Shown here piece by piece: positions 1 to 14,246 of a stretch of DNA of 43,604 bases. Each line of letters starts with the position of its first letter. Position 1 is the first letter of the stretch. The notes under the pieces are model-generated. The model made no database searches. It saw only the letters and a program-made list of their open reading frames with translations, and was not told the DNA's origin. Location of the stretch: NCBI GenBank assembly GCA_043788445.1, contig JAYVTW010000079.1, positions 1 through 43,604 of the forward strand, given 5' to 3'. The position numbers and the translations under genes are program-made. Origin of the DNA: Methylophilaceae bacterium (GTDB taxonomy: Bacteria; Pseudomonadota; Gammaproteobacteria; Burkholderiales; Methylophilaceae).

Positions 1-1257
1 AGCCGGGTTAATTTGCCTCAGGGCGCTCATATTGCTTACGGCGGAGAAATATGGCAATTTAGTGGTTTAGTACAAAAATACCAAACGCTGGATGAAAAAT
101 CTTTTCCTTACCAAGTTCTGCCACAATTAAATCTAACTGCAAACAAAGATTGGGATAACTTAACCACCAATTTAACTTCGCAGTTTACTTATTTTGATCG
201 CGACCCAAAAGCAACCTTAGCTGCCACGGGTAGCCGAGCGTTTGGTTATCCTAGTATTAGCATGCCCTTGTTAAAATCCTATGGTTTCATTACGCCTAAG
301 ATAGGCGTACATGCAACAAGCTACAGCCTGAACAATAATGACTTTATGGTAAATGGTACCAAATTAAGCAATAACACCCCTACACGCACCTTGCCAATTG
401 TGAGCTTAGACAGCGGCTTATACTTTGAGCGGCAAGTAAAAATTGTGAAGAACAGATACACACAAACAATTGAGCCACGCATGTACTATGTGTACATCCC
501 TTACCAAAACCAAAGCCAGTTACCTGTATTTGATACTGGTCTTGCAGACTTAAACTATGGCACATTGTTTAGTGAAAATCAGTTTACTGGAAATGACCGC
601 ATCAATAATGCTAATCAACTTAGTCTAGCATTAACAACACGTATGATAGACAATAAATCGGGTGATGAACGCCTTTCTGCAACCTTAGGCCAACGTTTCT
701 ATTTTACAGATCAAAAAGTAGTATTGCCCGGAGTGCTGCCAACAAAACGCAACACCTCTGATATTATCGGAGGACTTTCTGCTCGATTGTCAACCAAATG
801 GAATGTCGACACTTTTTTGCAATACAGTCCAGACACTAACAGCATCGTAAGAAACAATATTCTGGCTCATTACAATCCTGAGCCGGGTAAATTACTTAAT
901 TTTGGCTATCGATATACCGATACTTTACTAGAGCAGTTTGATATATCAGGCCAATGGCCGCTCGGACGTGGCTGGTATGGTGTTGGTCGCTGGAATTACT
1001 CATTACGTGATAACAAAACAATTGAAGGTCTAGCAGGTGTAGAATATGATGCTGGTTGCTGGCAAACCCGCACTGTGGTGCAGCGCGTGACCACAGCAAC
1101 TGCAAACGCAAACTATGCGATTTTCTTCCAATTAGAACTGGGTGGCCTGGCTTCAATCGGCTCAAACCCACTTAAACTATTAAAACGTGATGTTCCAGGA
1201 TTTAGACAAAGTAACGAAATCCCAAATGCAACTAGACAGCAAAATTATGCTCCTTAA
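1..1257 (+). CDS. lptD: LPS-assembly outer-membrane protein LptD, C-terminal part (5' end outside the window)
   Basis: The frame is open from base 1. The sequence has a beta-barrel-like pattern and the conserved C-terminal segment [17 protein letters not shown]. The classic lptD-surA-pdxA-rsmA order follows. Confidence 0.88.
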   Translation, partial: SRVNLPQGAHIAYGGEIWQFSGLVQKYQTLDEKSFPYQVLPQLNLTANKDWDNLTTNLTSQFTYFDRDPKATLAATGSRAFGYPSISMPLLKSYGFITPKIGVHATSYSLNNNDFMVNGTKLSNNTPTRTLPIVSLDSGLYFERQVKIVKNRYTQTIEPRMYYVYIPYQNQSQLPVFDTGLADLNYGTLFSENQFTGNDRINNANQLSLALTTRMIDNKSGDERLSATLGQRFYFTDQKVVLPGVLPTKRNTSDIIGGLSARLSTKWNVDTFLQYSPDTNSIVRNNILAHYNPEPGKLLNFGYRYTDTLLEQFDISGQWPLGRGWYGVGRWNYSLRDNKTIEGLAGVEYDAGCWQTRTVVQRVTTATANANYAIFFQLELGGLASIGSNPLKLLKRDVPGFRQSNEIPNATRQQNYAP

Positions 1258-1301
1258 AATAACACTATTAAATCACTTATGTGACTATATAAAATAAACC
1301 C

Positions 1302-2633
1302 ATGAAATTAATCAACACATTTAAAGCTTTAACTTCGTTACGCTTGTTGGCGCTATGTCTTCCCTTATTTTTTAATAGTCTTACTGCCCATGCTGCTGCA
1401 AATATCCAACAAATGGATCGGATTGTAGCTGTGGTAGACCAAGGCGTTATTACCGAGCAAGAGCTAAACGACCGTATTAAAACGGTGAAAGCACAGCTTG
1501 AAAAACAAGGTACCCCATCCCCCACAGATAACGTACTAGAAAAACAAATTCTAGAACGCCTGATTTCTGACAGTTTGCAATTGCAGTTTGCAGCGCAAAC
1601 TGGGCTAAAAGTCGATAATACTCAACTAGATAAAACTATTGAACGTATAGCTGAACAGAACAAACTTTCACTTGAGGAATTTAGATTAGCGCTTGAAAAA
1701 GATGGCGTTAGTTTTCAAAAATTCCGAGAGGATATTCGCACAGAGGTCACATTAGCACGCCTACGTGAGCGTGAGGTAGATAGCCACACTAACGTAACAG
1801 ATGCTGAAGTAGATAACTTTCTTACCACACAAGCCGCCAATGGTGGCAATCAAGGTGAGTATGAAATATCACATATTTTAATCCGCACCCCAGAAGATAG
1901 CTCACCTGAAACGTTGCAGAGATTAAAAACAAAAGCTGAAGATGCTATTAAAAAGTTGCAGAGCGGAGTGAGTTTTGCTGAGGTATCTGCTAGCATGTCT
2001 GATGCACCTAATGCTTTAGAAGGTGGTGCCTTGGGTTGGAAATCTGCCGCACAAATCCCAGCATTATTTGCTAATGCACTTAAAGGTATGCAAGTGGGTG
2101 AAGTTTCAGCACCATTACGTAGTCCTAATGGTTTTCATGTTCTCAAACTGACGAACAAGCATGGTGGTGGTACGATGCTTGTGGTTGAGCAAACTCATGT
2201 AAGACATATCCTTATCAAACTCAATGAAGTACTTTCAGAAGCTGATGGTAAACGTAAATTAGAAGGGATTAAAGAGCGCTTAGATAATAAAGGTGTTAAG
2301 TTTGAAGATATGGCACGCCAATACTCTGATGACGGCTCGGCTAATAACGGAGGTGACTTAGGCTGGGTTAACCCTGGTGATACCGTGCCACAATTTGAAA
2401 AAGTAATGAATGAACTCAAAATCAATCAAATAAGTGACCTGGTGCGCACCCCTTTTGGCTGGCATCTTATTCAAGTAATAGATCGTCGTAAGCAAGATAT
2501 GAGCAAAGAAGCTGAACGTTTAAAAGCGCGTCAAGAAATCCGCGCACGTAAATCAGAAGAAGCTTTTCAAGACTGGCTTCGTGAATTGCGTGATCGTGCT
2601 TATGTTGAATATCGACTAGAAGACAAGTTCTAA
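1302..2633 (+). CDS. surA: periplasmic chaperone / peptidyl-prolyl isomerase SurA
   Basis: N-terminal signal peptide (LLALCLPLFFNSLTAHA). Two parvulin domains (ISHILIR...GFHVLKL and VRHILIK...FGWHLIQV). Position between lptD and pdxA. Confidence 0.93.
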   Translation: MKLINTFKALTSLRLLALCLPLFFNSLTAHAAANIQQMDRIVAVVDQGVITEQELNDRIKTVKAQLEKQGTPSPTDNVLEKQILERLISDSLQLQFAAQTGLKVDNTQLDKTIERIAEQNKLSLEEFRLALEKDGVSFQKFREDIRTEVTLARLREREVDSHTNVTDAEVDNFLTTQAANGGNQGEYEISHILIRTPEDSSPETLQRLKTKAEDAIKKLQSGVSFAEVSASMSDAPNALEGGALGWKSAAQIPALFANALKGMQVGEVSAPLRSPNGFHVLKLTNKHGGGTMLVVEQTHVRHILIKLNEVLSEADGKRKLEGIKERLDNKGVKFEDMARQYSDDGSANNGGDLGWVNPGDTVPQFEKVMNELKINQISDLVRTPFGWHLIQVIDRRKQDMSKEAERLKARQEIRARKSEEAFQDWLRELRDRAYVEYRLEDKF

Positions 2634-2677
2634 AGTAGTGCTTAAAAGAAATATCAAACCAACAGCTCTAACTAAAC

Positions 2678-3703
2678 GTGAGTCATTCATTACCTAATAT
2701 CGCTATCACTTCTGGCGAACCTGCTGGCATTGGCTTAGATATTTGTGTGCTACTTGCTCACCAAGCTATCGCAGCAAATATTGTGGTACTAGCAGATGTT
2801 GCAGCCTTAGCCAGCCGAGCAAAATTACTCAACACCCTAATTAACATTGTAAAGTACGACACAACAAAAGTTTTGCCACATTCGGGCAACGGCACGCTAG
2901 TCGTGCACCATGTGCCATTAAAAAATAATGTCGTGGCGGGGCAGTTAGACGCTGGCAATAGCCAAGCTGTGTTGGACATGCTAACCCTTGCAACCCAAGG
3001 TTGTATGGCGGATGCTTTCGAAGCTATTGAATTTGATGCTATGGTGACTGCGCCAGTGCACAAAGGCATTATCAACGATGCGGGGATACCTTTTAGCGGG
3101 CACACTGAATTCCTAGCTGAAGTAACCAAAACACCACAAGTGGTGATGATGCTAGTCGGTGGCAGTATGCGTGTTGCATTAGCCACTACCCACTTACCGT
3201 TAAACGCCATCAGCAATGCTATTACCCAATCGCATTTAGAAAACACTATTCGAATTTTACATGCAGATTTAGTGCAAAAATTTGGAATAACAAATCCGCA
3301 TATTCTAGTCTCAGGTTTAAATCCGCATGCTGGCGAAGGTGGTTATTTAGGTATGGAAGAAATCAACACCATTAACCCAGTGCTGGAAAAATTGAGACAT
3401 GAGAATATGAATCTAGTGGGTGCTCTGCCAGCCGACACCATGTTCTCGCATAGTAATCTTGCAACTACAGATGCTTTTTTAGCGATGTATCACGATCAAG
3501 GGTTACCAGTTCTTAAATATGCCAGCTTTGGCACAGGGGTCAATGTCACACTGGGCTTGCCAATCATCCGCACCTCGGTTGATCATGGCACCGCGTTAGA
3601 TTTAGCCGGAAAAGGCGGAGTTGAGATCGGCAGCATGCTCGCAGCCATTGAATTAGCCATTGTGTTGTCTAAAAAACGAGGCGAAACAATCAGGGCCGCA
3701 TGA
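2678..3703 (+). CDS. pdxA: 4-hydroxythreonine-4-phosphate dehydrogenase PdxA (GTG start)
   Basis: Motifs ITSGEPAGIGLD, NPHAGEGG and DHGTALDLAGKG. The stop overlaps the rsmA start (ATGA). Confidence 0.93.
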   Translation: MSHSLPNIAITSGEPAGIGLDICVLLAHQAIAANIVVLADVAALASRAKLLNTLINIVKYDTTKVLPHSGNGTLVVHHVPLKNNVVAGQLDAGNSQAVLDMLTLATQGCMADAFEAIEFDAMVTAPVHKGIINDAGIPFSGHTEFLAEVTKTPQVVMMLVGGSMRVALATTHLPLNAISNAITQSHLENTIRILHADLVQKFGITNPHILVSGLNPHAGEGGYLGMEEINTINPVLEKLRHENMNLVGALPADTMFSHSNLATTDAFLAMYHDQGLPVLKYASFGTGVNVTLGLPIIRTSVDHGTALDLAGKGGVEIGSMLAAIELAIVLSKKRGETIRAA

Positions 3704-4464
3704 AATATATTCCCAAAAAACGCTTCGGCCAAAATTTCTTAACTGATCAATCCATTATTCAAGCATTGGTCAACGCTATTACTCCCAAACCTGATGACTT
3801 GATGGTGGAAATTGGCCCGGGTTTAGGCGCACTAACACAACCCTTAATTAGGGAATTACAACATCTACATGTAGTAGAGATCGATCGCGATATTATCAGC
3901 TGGATGCAAGGTTTTTATCCTGCTGGGAAAGTTACTATCCATAGTTATGACGCACTAAAGTTTGACTTTAAAACAATTGGTGACAGAATTAGAGTAGCAG
4001 GTAACTTACCTTATAACATTTCCAGCCCTATATTATTTCACCTGCTGGATAACGTGCAAACCATTATTGATATGCATTTTATGCTGCAAAAAGAAGTAGT
4101 TGAGCGCATGGTCGCTGCGCCTTCAACTCCAGCTTACGGCCGCTTAAGCGTGATGTTGCAATACAAACTGCACATGGAATATTTATTTACCGTGCCGCCA
4201 GAAGCATTTGATCCGCCACCAAAGGTTGAATCGGCTTTTGTACGCTGTGTGCCTCATACTGAATTGCCTTTCCCGGCGGCAGATGAAAAACTATTTGCTA
4301 GAGTCGTGTTAAATGCATTTGGACAGCGCCGCAAAACGCTGCGCAATACACTGAAAAGTATGTTAGACGATGATGATTTTGCAAAACTTGACATCAATCC
4401 ACAACTACGCGCAGAAAATTTATCCTTAGAAAAATTTGTCGCAATCGCAAATCACCTTGCGTAA
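3700..4464 (+). CDS. rsmA: 16S rRNA (adenine1518/1519-N6)-dimethyltransferase RsmA/KsgA
   Basis: Motifs KKRFGQNFL, VEIGPGLGALT (SAM site) and GNLPYNISSPILF. Confidence 0.95.
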   Translation: MKYIPKKRFGQNFLTDQSIIQALVNAITPKPDDLMVEIGPGLGALTQPLIRELQHLHVVEIDRDIISWMQGFYPAGKVTIHSYDALKFDFKTIGDRIRVAGNLPYNISSPILFHLLDNVQTIIDMHFMLQKEVVERMVAAPSTPAYGRLSVMLQYKLHMEYLFTVPPEAFDPPPKVESAFVRCVPHTELPFPAADEKLFARVVLNAFGQRRKTLRNTLKSMLDDDDFAKLDINPQLRAENLSLEKFVAIANHLA

Positions 4465-4517
4465 GCACATCAACTGCACCAAAAGTATCAGTGGCTAACA
4501 AAACTTAAGACACTAGC

Positions 4518-4526
4518 TGATATAAT
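4518..4526 (+). promoter_or_regulatory. candidate extended -10 promoter element (TGATATAAT) upstream of adk
   Basis: TGnTATAAT lies 58 nt upstream of the adk ATG. No good -35 hexamer at 17 bp spacing. Confidence 0.3.
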
Positions 4527-4544
4527 TTCTATTATTAGTTTTAA

Positions 4545-5237
<693 letters not shown>

Positions 5238-5273
5238 TACTAATCCGTTATAAGAACCCAATGCAAAGCGTAG

Positions 5274-7880
<2,607 letters not shown>

Positions 7881-7893
7881 TGGAGTATAAATA

Positions 7894-8415
7894 ATGTTTA
7901 AACTATTGCGAACTACCGCAACGCTATTCCTTATAATAAGCCTATTAAATGCTTGTGGCTTCCAGCTCCGCGGCCAGGAAGCACTTTCTTTTGAAAGTAT
8001 TCATTTACAAGGGGCAACACTTGCCATATCAAAAGCTTTACGCAAAAACCTAATAGCCAACGGCATTAAAGCACTACCAACAGAAGAAAATGCAGATTTG
8101 TTGCTAGAGTTCGCAAATGAAGAAACAGTAAAAAATATTCTTTCAGTAAGTGGTGGTGGTGTGGTGAAGGAGTATGAGCTACTTTACCGTATTCATTATC
8201 GTTTACGTGGCGCAAAAGATGCGGTTTGGAGCCCTGAACAAACCATAGAAACACGTCGTGACTTTTCTTACAGCGATGCAGAGTTGCTTGCGAAACAAGG
8301 TGAAGAAGCCGCGTTGTATGAAAATATGCATAGTGATGTATTGAATAATCTAATACGTCGTTTAACACACTATAAACCTGCACGAACCACAAGCGACCCT
8401 AGTCCAAACCCTTAA
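7894..8415 (+). CDS. lptE: LPS-assembly lipoprotein LptE
   Basis: Lipobox LLNAC followed by GFQLRG, the typical LptE N-terminus. Lies between leuS and holA. Confidence 0.85.
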   Translation: MFKLLRTTATLFLIISLLNACGFQLRGQEALSFESIHLQGATLAISKALRKNLIANGIKALPTEENADLLLEFANEETVKNILSVSGGGVVKEYELLYRIHYRLRGAKDAVWSPEQTIETRRDFSYSDAELLAKQGEEAALYENMHSDVLNNLIRRLTHYKPARTTSDPSPNP

Positions 8416-8454
8416 ATGCTTTGCTAAAACTCAAACGCTAAGCGTTCTAAAACT

Positions 8455-9477
8455 ATGCTCCTCAAAGCAGAACAACTTGAAGCTAGCCTAAAAAAAGGCT
8501 TACAATCCCTCTATGTGCTAGTTGGTGATGAGCCGCTGGTGCAAAAAGAATGCTTAGATGCCATTAGATTTAATGCCCGCCAAGCAGGCTGTGATGAACG
8601 CACCAGTTTTACTGTTGACCGTTATTTTAATTGGCAGCAATTGAGCCATTTTGATCAGTCAATGTCATTATTCTCTAATTTGCGCTTATTAGAAATTCAT
8701 ATACCCACGGGCAAACCTGGTATTGAAGGTGGTAAAGCACTAGCTCAACTGGCAAGCAAAGCTATGACTGCCACTACGGTGATTATAGTATTGCCAACGT
8801 TAGAACGCGATACTAAAAATAGTACTTGGTTTAATAGTTTAGAGCAGGCCAGTGTGTGTATTACACTGAATGAAGTAAGTATATATGCCCTACCGCAATG
8901 GGTAGCGCAACGGATGAATCAGCAAAGCCAAAGCACTGATAACGCTACATTAGAGTTTATTGCGCATCAAGTAGAAGGCAATTTACTAGCGGCACATCAA
9001 GAGATTCAAAAACTAGGCCTGCTTTACCCTGCGGGCAAGTTAACAGAGAGCGAAGTACGTGAAGCCGTATTAAATGTATCGCGGTTTGATGCTTTCCAAC
9101 TTGGTGAAGCAGTTTTAGACGGCGATGCCGAACGTACCATACGCATTGTGCAAGGCCTGCAAGATGAGGGCGAGCAAGCGGTTGCTGTTATGAATCCCTT
9201 AATGTGGGCATTACGTCCATTAGTACGTATCAAACATGCAGAAACTAAAGGTGAAAGCCTAAATAGTGCCATGACTCAAGCGCGTATTTTTGGCGATAGA
9301 CAAAACTTGGTCAGACGTGCACTAAGCCGTTTAACCATACGCCATTTAGATGCTGCTTTGGCTAAATTAACCGAGATTGATAAAACCGCAAAAGGTATGA
9401 TGCAAGGCGATGCGTGGTTAGAGATATCCCGTTTATGCTATGGCTTAGCAAGAGTAGGAACTAACAAACGAGCTTAA
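8455..9477 (+). CDS. holA: DNA polymerase III subunit delta
   Basis: N-terminus LYVLVGDEPLV, about 340 aa, and the conserved position after lptE. Confidence 0.85.
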   Translation: MLLKAEQLEASLKKGLQSLYVLVGDEPLVQKECLDAIRFNARQAGCDERTSFTVDRYFNWQQLSHFDQSMSLFSNLRLLEIHIPTGKPGIEGGKALAQLASKAMTATTVIIVLPTLERDTKNSTWFNSLEQASVCITLNEVSIYALPQWVAQRMNQQSQSTDNATLEFIAHQVEGNLLAAHQEIQKLGLLYPAGKLTESEVREAVLNVSRFDAFQLGEAVLDGDAERTIRIVQGLQDEGEQAVAVMNPLMWALRPLVRIKHAETKGESLNSAMTQARIFGDRQNLVRRALSRLTIRHLDAALAKLTEIDKTAKGMMQGDAWLEISRLCYGLARVGTNKRA

Positions 9478-9857
9478 TTAAGATGAGTCGTTATATTTTA
9501 GATTGTTGAATTTGTAAAAGAAATAGTTCAAGTATTTGGCGTAGTGATCGCGCAAAAAATTTTAGCGACTAACGCTTATATTACGATAGCATGATGTTTG
9601 GATTGGCTGGGATGAAATTCTTTATCTCAAAGTAGATCAAAACGTTCTTCACTATTAATTGAAAGTAATGGTCTAGCCCCAATTAGTTATAGTAAAGAAA
9701 ATAGAGTGGTACAAATGTGTTACTTTTAGCGGCTACAAAAATATACGTTGACGCTAAAAAACGATAAAGTGGATTAAGCTAATTATAGAGTTTGCTTACA
9801 TAGCAAAAGCTCTCGCAAGAAAATTAGTAAGCCAGCTCAAAAATTAAAGAGTAAAAA

Positions 9858-11114
9858 ATGAATATTCAAGAATATATGCAAAAAATTGGTCAACAAGCCC
9901 GCGCTGCTTCACGTGCGATGGCAAAGGCTGATACCAACACTAAGAATCTCGCACTCATTACTATTGCTCAAGCAATTATTCGAGAGAAGCCTGCACTACT
10001 AGCTGCCAATCAGTTAGATTTAGCTCTAGCAAAAGCGGCTGGAATGGAACCAGCAATGCTGGATCGTTTAGCCCTGACTGAAAAGAGTATCGCCACTATG
10101 GCGGAAGGTTTGCAGCAAATAGCAGCACTTCATGACCCAATAGGTGAGATTACCGATTTGAAATATCGTCCATCTGGCATACAAATTGGCAATATGCGCG
10201 TGCCTTTAGGCGTGATTGGGATTATTTATGAAGCACGTCCAAACGTGACTGTCGATGCTGCTGGCTTATGCATTAAATCTGGCAATGCAGCAATTTTACG
10301 TGGTGGAAGCGAAGCTATACATTGCAATCAGGCATTAGCTAAACTTGTGCATGAAGGCTTAACAAAAGCGGGGTTACCAACCGCAGCTGTGCAAGTAGTT
10401 GAGTCGACTGATCGCGCAGCCGTTGGCGAGCTAATTACGATGAAAGAATATGTGGATGTTATTGTGCCACGCGGCGGCAAAGGCCTAATTGAAAGGATTA
10501 GCAATGAAGCGCGTATCCCAGTAATTAAGCATTTAGATGGTAATTGCCATGTATATGTAGACGATGATGCTGATTTTTCTAAAGCTTTAGCGATTGTGGA
10601 AAATAGCAAAACGCAACGGTTAGGTACTTGTAATACCGCTGAGTCGCTTTTAATCGCACGCTCCGTGGCCAAAGAAATGTTGCCTAAAATCGCCAAAATG
10701 CTTATTGCGGAAGGTATTGAAATTCGCGGTTGCGTAGAAACTTGTAAGCTAGTAGCGGAGGCAAAACCTGCTACAGATGAAGACTATTACACAGAATATT
10801 TAGATGCCATTATCTCATGCAAAGTAGTGAGCGGTTTAGACGAAGCAATTGCCCATATCAACGAGCATTCGTCACAACATACTGAAGCAATAGTGACAGA
10901 AAGTTACACCAAAGCACGACAGTTTTTACGTGAAGTAGATTCTAGTTCTGTGATGGTGAACGCTTCTACTCGTTTCGCCGATGGTTTTGAATATGGTTTA
11001 GGCGCAGAAATTGGCATTTCTACGGATAAATTACATGCTCGCGGCCCTGTAGGCTTAAATGGGTTAACTTCCGTTAAGTATGTAGTACTAGGGGATGGGC
11101 AAGTACGGGCTTGA
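9858..11114 (+). CDS. proA: glutamate-5-semialdehyde dehydrogenase (gamma-glutamyl phosphate reductase)
   Basis: Catalytic Cys context [10 protein letters not shown] and C-terminal [22 protein letters not shown]. Confidence 0.95.
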   Translation: MNIQEYMQKIGQQARAASRAMAKADTNTKNLALITIAQAIIREKPALLAANQLDLALAKAAGMEPAMLDRLALTEKSIATMAEGLQQIAALHDPIGEITDLKYRPSGIQIGNMRVPLGVIGIIYEARPNVTVDAAGLCIKSGNAAILRGGSEAIHCNQALAKLVHEGLTKAGLPTAAVQVVESTDRAAVGELITMKEYVDVIVPRGGKGLIERISNEARIPVIKHLDGNCHVYVDDDADFSKALAIVENSKTQRLGTCNTAESLLIARSVAKEMLPKIAKMLIAEGIEIRGCVETCKLVAEAKPATDEDYYTEYLDAIISCKVVSGLDEAIAHINEHSSQHTEAIVTESYTKARQFLREVDSSSVMVNASTRFADGFEYGLGAEIGISTDKLHARGPVGLNGLTSVKYVVLGDGQVRA

Positions 11115-11149
11115 ATTAAAACTAATTAGATTAGTAATTCAAGAATCAA

Positions 11150-11827
11150 ATGATGAAAACGCTTAAAATCAATACTATAGGAATTATGGGTGGCACTTTT
11201 AACCCGATACACTATGGTCATTTGCGCGCTGCACATGAACTCACTGAAGTGCTTAATTTTGATGAAGTACGGTTTATTCCCTCAGCTCATCCCCCGCATA
11301 AAACTCTGCCTAGTGTATCAGCACTCCACCGCGCAGCCATGGTGAAATTAGCCATTAGCGATAATCCTAGATTTACTATGGACGAACGTGAGTTAAGCCG
11401 TAAAAGGGCTTCATATACTTACGATACATTACAAAGTTTACGCGAGGAATTAGGTCATGAAATCAGTGTTTGCTTGATAATGGGCAGTGATGTTTTCATA
11501 AAGTTTAACACTTGGCACCGCTGGACTGAAATACTCAAGCTATGCCATATTGTGCTAGTAAAACGGCCAGTAGATAAAAATTCAATTGAACAACCATCCC
11601 CAGGATTAGCGCCAGAATTACAAATATTTTTGCATAATCATTACACTGAGCATCAAGAAGATGTAACTCATTCACCAGCCGGTCACATTACCATGCAAGC
11701 AGTAACGGCTTTAAATGTTTCCGCCACAGCTATTCGCGCTCAATTTAGTTTAGGAAAAAGTGCGCGCTACTTACTGCCAGATGTCGTGATTGATTACATA
11801 GTGAAACATCAGCTCTACCCAGCTTAA
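11150..11827 (+). CDS. nadD: nicotinate-nucleotide adenylyltransferase
   Basis: GGTFNPIHYGH (HxGH nucleotidyltransferase motif) and VSATAIR (ISxTxxR motif). Confidence 0.9.
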   Translation: MMKTLKINTIGIMGGTFNPIHYGHLRAAHELTEVLNFDEVRFIPSAHPPHKTLPSVSALHRAAMVKLAISDNPRFTMDERELSRKRASYTYDTLQSLREELGHEISVCLIMGSDVFIKFNTWHRWTEILKLCHIVLVKRPVDKNSIEQPSPGLAPELQIFLHNHYTEHQEDVTHSPAGHITMQAVTALNVSATAIRAQFSLGKSARYLLPDVVIDYIVKHQLYPA

Positions 11828-12465
11828 AATTGCACAGATTCATTCCACTTTACTTGCGCTAAACACGGCGCATTAATCATTTGTTTTAAAGTATCAAAAT
11901 TTTCTTGATATGCCGTCATTTCAGCAATTACTTGATTAGCTATCCAGCCAGCCAGCTCTAATCCACGGGCTTCTATCGCCCCAACTGTTAGTAATGCATG
12001 ATTAATGCAACCTAAGCGCATACCGACCACTAAAATTACCGGCAAATTAAGCTGTACAACTAAATCGGCGGTTGTTTCACTGTCGTTTAGCGGCACACAA
12101 AAGCCGCCTGCGCCTTCCACAATTACCACTCCAGCCAATTGTTTTAATTGATGAAATGCTTTGTTAATGGCTTCTAAAGAAATAGTCACACCTGCTTGTT
12201 TTGCAGCAATATGTGGCGCTATGGCAGGCTGAAAAGCATAGGGGTTAATTAATGCTAGTGGTGCTTCAATATTACTAGCTAATTGTAACTGCTTAACATC
12301 TTCATTGAGTAAGCGCCCTTGCACTAATTCGCAGCCTGCAGCTACCGGCTTCATGCCAAGCACGTCCGCGCCAAGTTGAACAAAATGCCTAACAAGGCTG
12401 CAGGCGATATAGGTCTTTCCCACATCGGTATCAGTACCAGTAATAAAATAAGATTGTATGTGCAT
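11824..12465 (-). CDS. bioD: dethiobiotin synthetase
   Basis: P-loop GTDTDVGKT. Last gene of a co-directional bioBFHCD string. Confidence 0.9.
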   Translation of the reverse strand: MHIQSYFITGTDTDVGKTYIACSLVRHFVQLGADVLGMKPVAAGCELVQGRLLNEDVKQLQLASNIEAPLALINPYAFQPAIAPHIAAKQAGVTISLEAINKAFHQLKQLAGVVIVEGAGGFCVPLNDSETTADLVVQLNLPVILVVGMRLGCINHALLTVGAIEARGLELAGWIANQVIAEMTAYQENFDTLKQMINAPCLAQVKWNESVQF

Positions 12466-12476
12466 AAGTTAGATAA

Positions 12477-13430
12477 TTAACGAGGGCGGAAAGTAATTGG
12501 TGATACACCATCATTTTTTTTAGGTGTGGTTTTGCTCGCGTTTACCCAAGCATGTCCATAAACCACCTCAAATGTGGCGGGCAACTTGCCGCCTTGCGCT
12601 TTATCACCTTGTCTGAATTTTTCGTAATTATCCGCTAAGTTCTTTAAAAAACCTTTACCATTTAAGCCACGTGAACGACCATCTGTTGCGTTATGAGCGC
12701 CTATCGCTTTCAAATCACGCATAACGCCCATCACATCATCGTAGGTGAGAGTGTAACGTTCTACATCAAGCACCGGCGAGCTAAAGCCAGCACGTACTAA
12801 GGCATCACCAATATCATGCATATCAATAAAGCGACTGACACTAACGTGTTCTTTATCTGCATTACTGCCGTTGCTATTAATTGCGGCGCGTAGTTCTTTG
12901 AGTGTATCAGGTCCGAATGTGCTGAACATTAGCAAACCTTCTGCCTGCAAAACCCGCTGCGCCTCAATAAATACCAAATCTAATTCATTACACCATTGAA
13001 TTGCCAAATTTGACCAAAGTAAGCCGATACTATTATCAGCGATTGGTAATTGCTCAATATCGGCACATACATATTGTTGACGACTAAGGCCAAATAGTTT
13101 TTTTACGCTTTGTATTGGTGAAAGCGCCTGTGCTTTTTTAAGCATACCCATGGCAATATCTAGCGATATTACATGAGCAGTTTTGAAGTGTTTGGCTAGA
13201 ACTAAACTTGCGTGACCAGTGCCACAACCCATATCCAGTATAGTTTGTGGGGAAATCTTTACTAAATCTAAGCGGCTTAACATTTCTTCACGCACAGTTT
13301 TCTGCAATATAGCAGTAGCATCGTAACTTTTAGCAGCTTTATCAAAAGAAGCACGTACACGGCCTTTATCTATGTGATAAATATCCGTAGAGAGGGAGTT
13401 ATTATTTTGTTTCGTACTGGGTTGATTCAT
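12477..13430 (-). CDS. bioC: malonyl-ACP O-methyltransferase
   Basis: Class I SAM motif ILDMGCGTG. Lies between bioH and bioD. Confidence 0.85.
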   Translation of the reverse strand: MNQPSTKQNNNSLSTDIYHIDKGRVRASFDKAAKSYDATAILQKTVREEMLSRLDLVKISPQTILDMGCGTGHASLVLAKHFKTAHVISLDIAMGMLKKAQALSPIQSVKKLFGLSRQQYVCADIEQLPIADNSIGLLWSNLAIQWCNELDLVFIEAQRVLQAEGLLMFSTFGPDTLKELRAAINSNGSNADKEHVSVSRFIDMHDIGDALVRAGFSSPVLDVERYTLTYDDVMGVMRDLKAIGAHNATDGRSRGLNGKGFLKNLADNYEKFRQGDKAQGGKLPATFEVVYGHAWVNASKTTPKKNDGVSPITFRPR

Positions 13431-13433
13431 AGA

Positions 13434-14237
13434 TTAATGCGAGTTAATGCGACTAATTGATGCCTGCTCTGGCTCTAAAAACTGTGTTAGTGCTTCTATA
13501 AATTGAGCCTGATGAGATAAAAAAGGTGCATGCGATGCCCCAGCAATTACGCGCAAAAAACCTGCAGGCAATTGCTGCGACATCCAATGTGCAGCTTGCA
13601 GCGGGGCTAAAGTATCACGGTCACCATGAATTAATAAAGTGGGTTTTCTAATATGTGCAACTTCATCTCTTAAATCACTATCCAATAATACTTGTAAAGC
13701 GCGTTGCAAAGTCGCTTGCGTTGGACCTGGTTTTTTTGCAAGCGCGGTACGCAATTGACGCACTGTACTTCGAGCATCACTTGCCCCCATACATTGCAAT
13801 GTTAAGAACTGCAAAATTGTAGCTTGATAATTTTCATTCACTTTTCTTGAAAAATCTTCAAATGCACCAGGGTTTACGCCATGTTGCCATGTGGAACTAT
13901 TAACAAAACATGGTGTAGAACCCACTAATACCATGCGTCGAATATGGTCTGGCTGAGAAATTGCAATACGTTGTGCCACTAAACCACCTAGTGACCATCC
14001 TAAAACATTAGCCTTACCCGGGATATTTTCTGCAACAGCATCAGCCAGCGCATGTAAGTGATATGGCTCGATTGGCCGACTAGCACCCATTCCGGGCAAG
14101 TCAACTAAATGCAACGTAAAGATTTTAGATAAGGGCTTAATCAGCGGCGAAAAAACGGCACTACTCATGCCCCAGCCGTGAATTAAAACTAAGTTTGGTG
14201 CTGAACCAGACCCTAAAATTTCAACATGCACACTCAT
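13434..14237 (-). CDS. bioH: pimeloyl-ACP methyl ester carboxylesterase
   Basis: Alpha/beta hydrolase with LIHGWG, nucleophile elbow GWSLGG and a C-terminal His (GASHAPF). Lies within the bio operon. Confidence 0.8.
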   Translation of the reverse strand: MSVHVEILGSGSAPNLVLIHGWGMSSAVFSPLIKPLSKIFTLHLVDLPGMGASRPIEPYHLHALADAVAENIPGKANVLGWSLGGLVAQRIAISQPDHIRRMVLVGSTPCFVNSSTWQHGVNPGAFEDFSRKVNENYQATILQFLTLQCMGASDARSTVRQLRTALAKKPGPTQATLQRALQVLLDSDLRDEVAHIRKPTLLIHGDRDTLAPLQAAHWMSQQLPAGFLRVIAGASHAPFLSHQAQFIEALTQFLEPEQASISRINSH

Positions 14238-14246
14238 AGTAAGACC

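Noticed and set aside
2758-3246. Long antisense ORFs from the track inside well-supported genes. Examples are 2758-3246 in pdxA, 7439-7864 in leuS, 10328-10696 in proA, 37964-38386 in ileS and 41356-41763 in murJ.
   Set aside because: They lie wholly opposite strongly conserved genes, have odd composition (Ser/Cys/Thr-rich), no RBS and no recognisable motifs. They are typical shadow ORFs.
9478-9857. 380-bp AT-rich gene-less interval between holA and proA, examined for a riboswitch, sRNA, gene relic or repeat.
   Set aside because: Only short 4-5 bp stems are present, and six-frame reading gave no protein-like remnant or known RNA motif. It is probably just the proA promoter and leader region. 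It would need covariance-model or RNA-seq data to say more.
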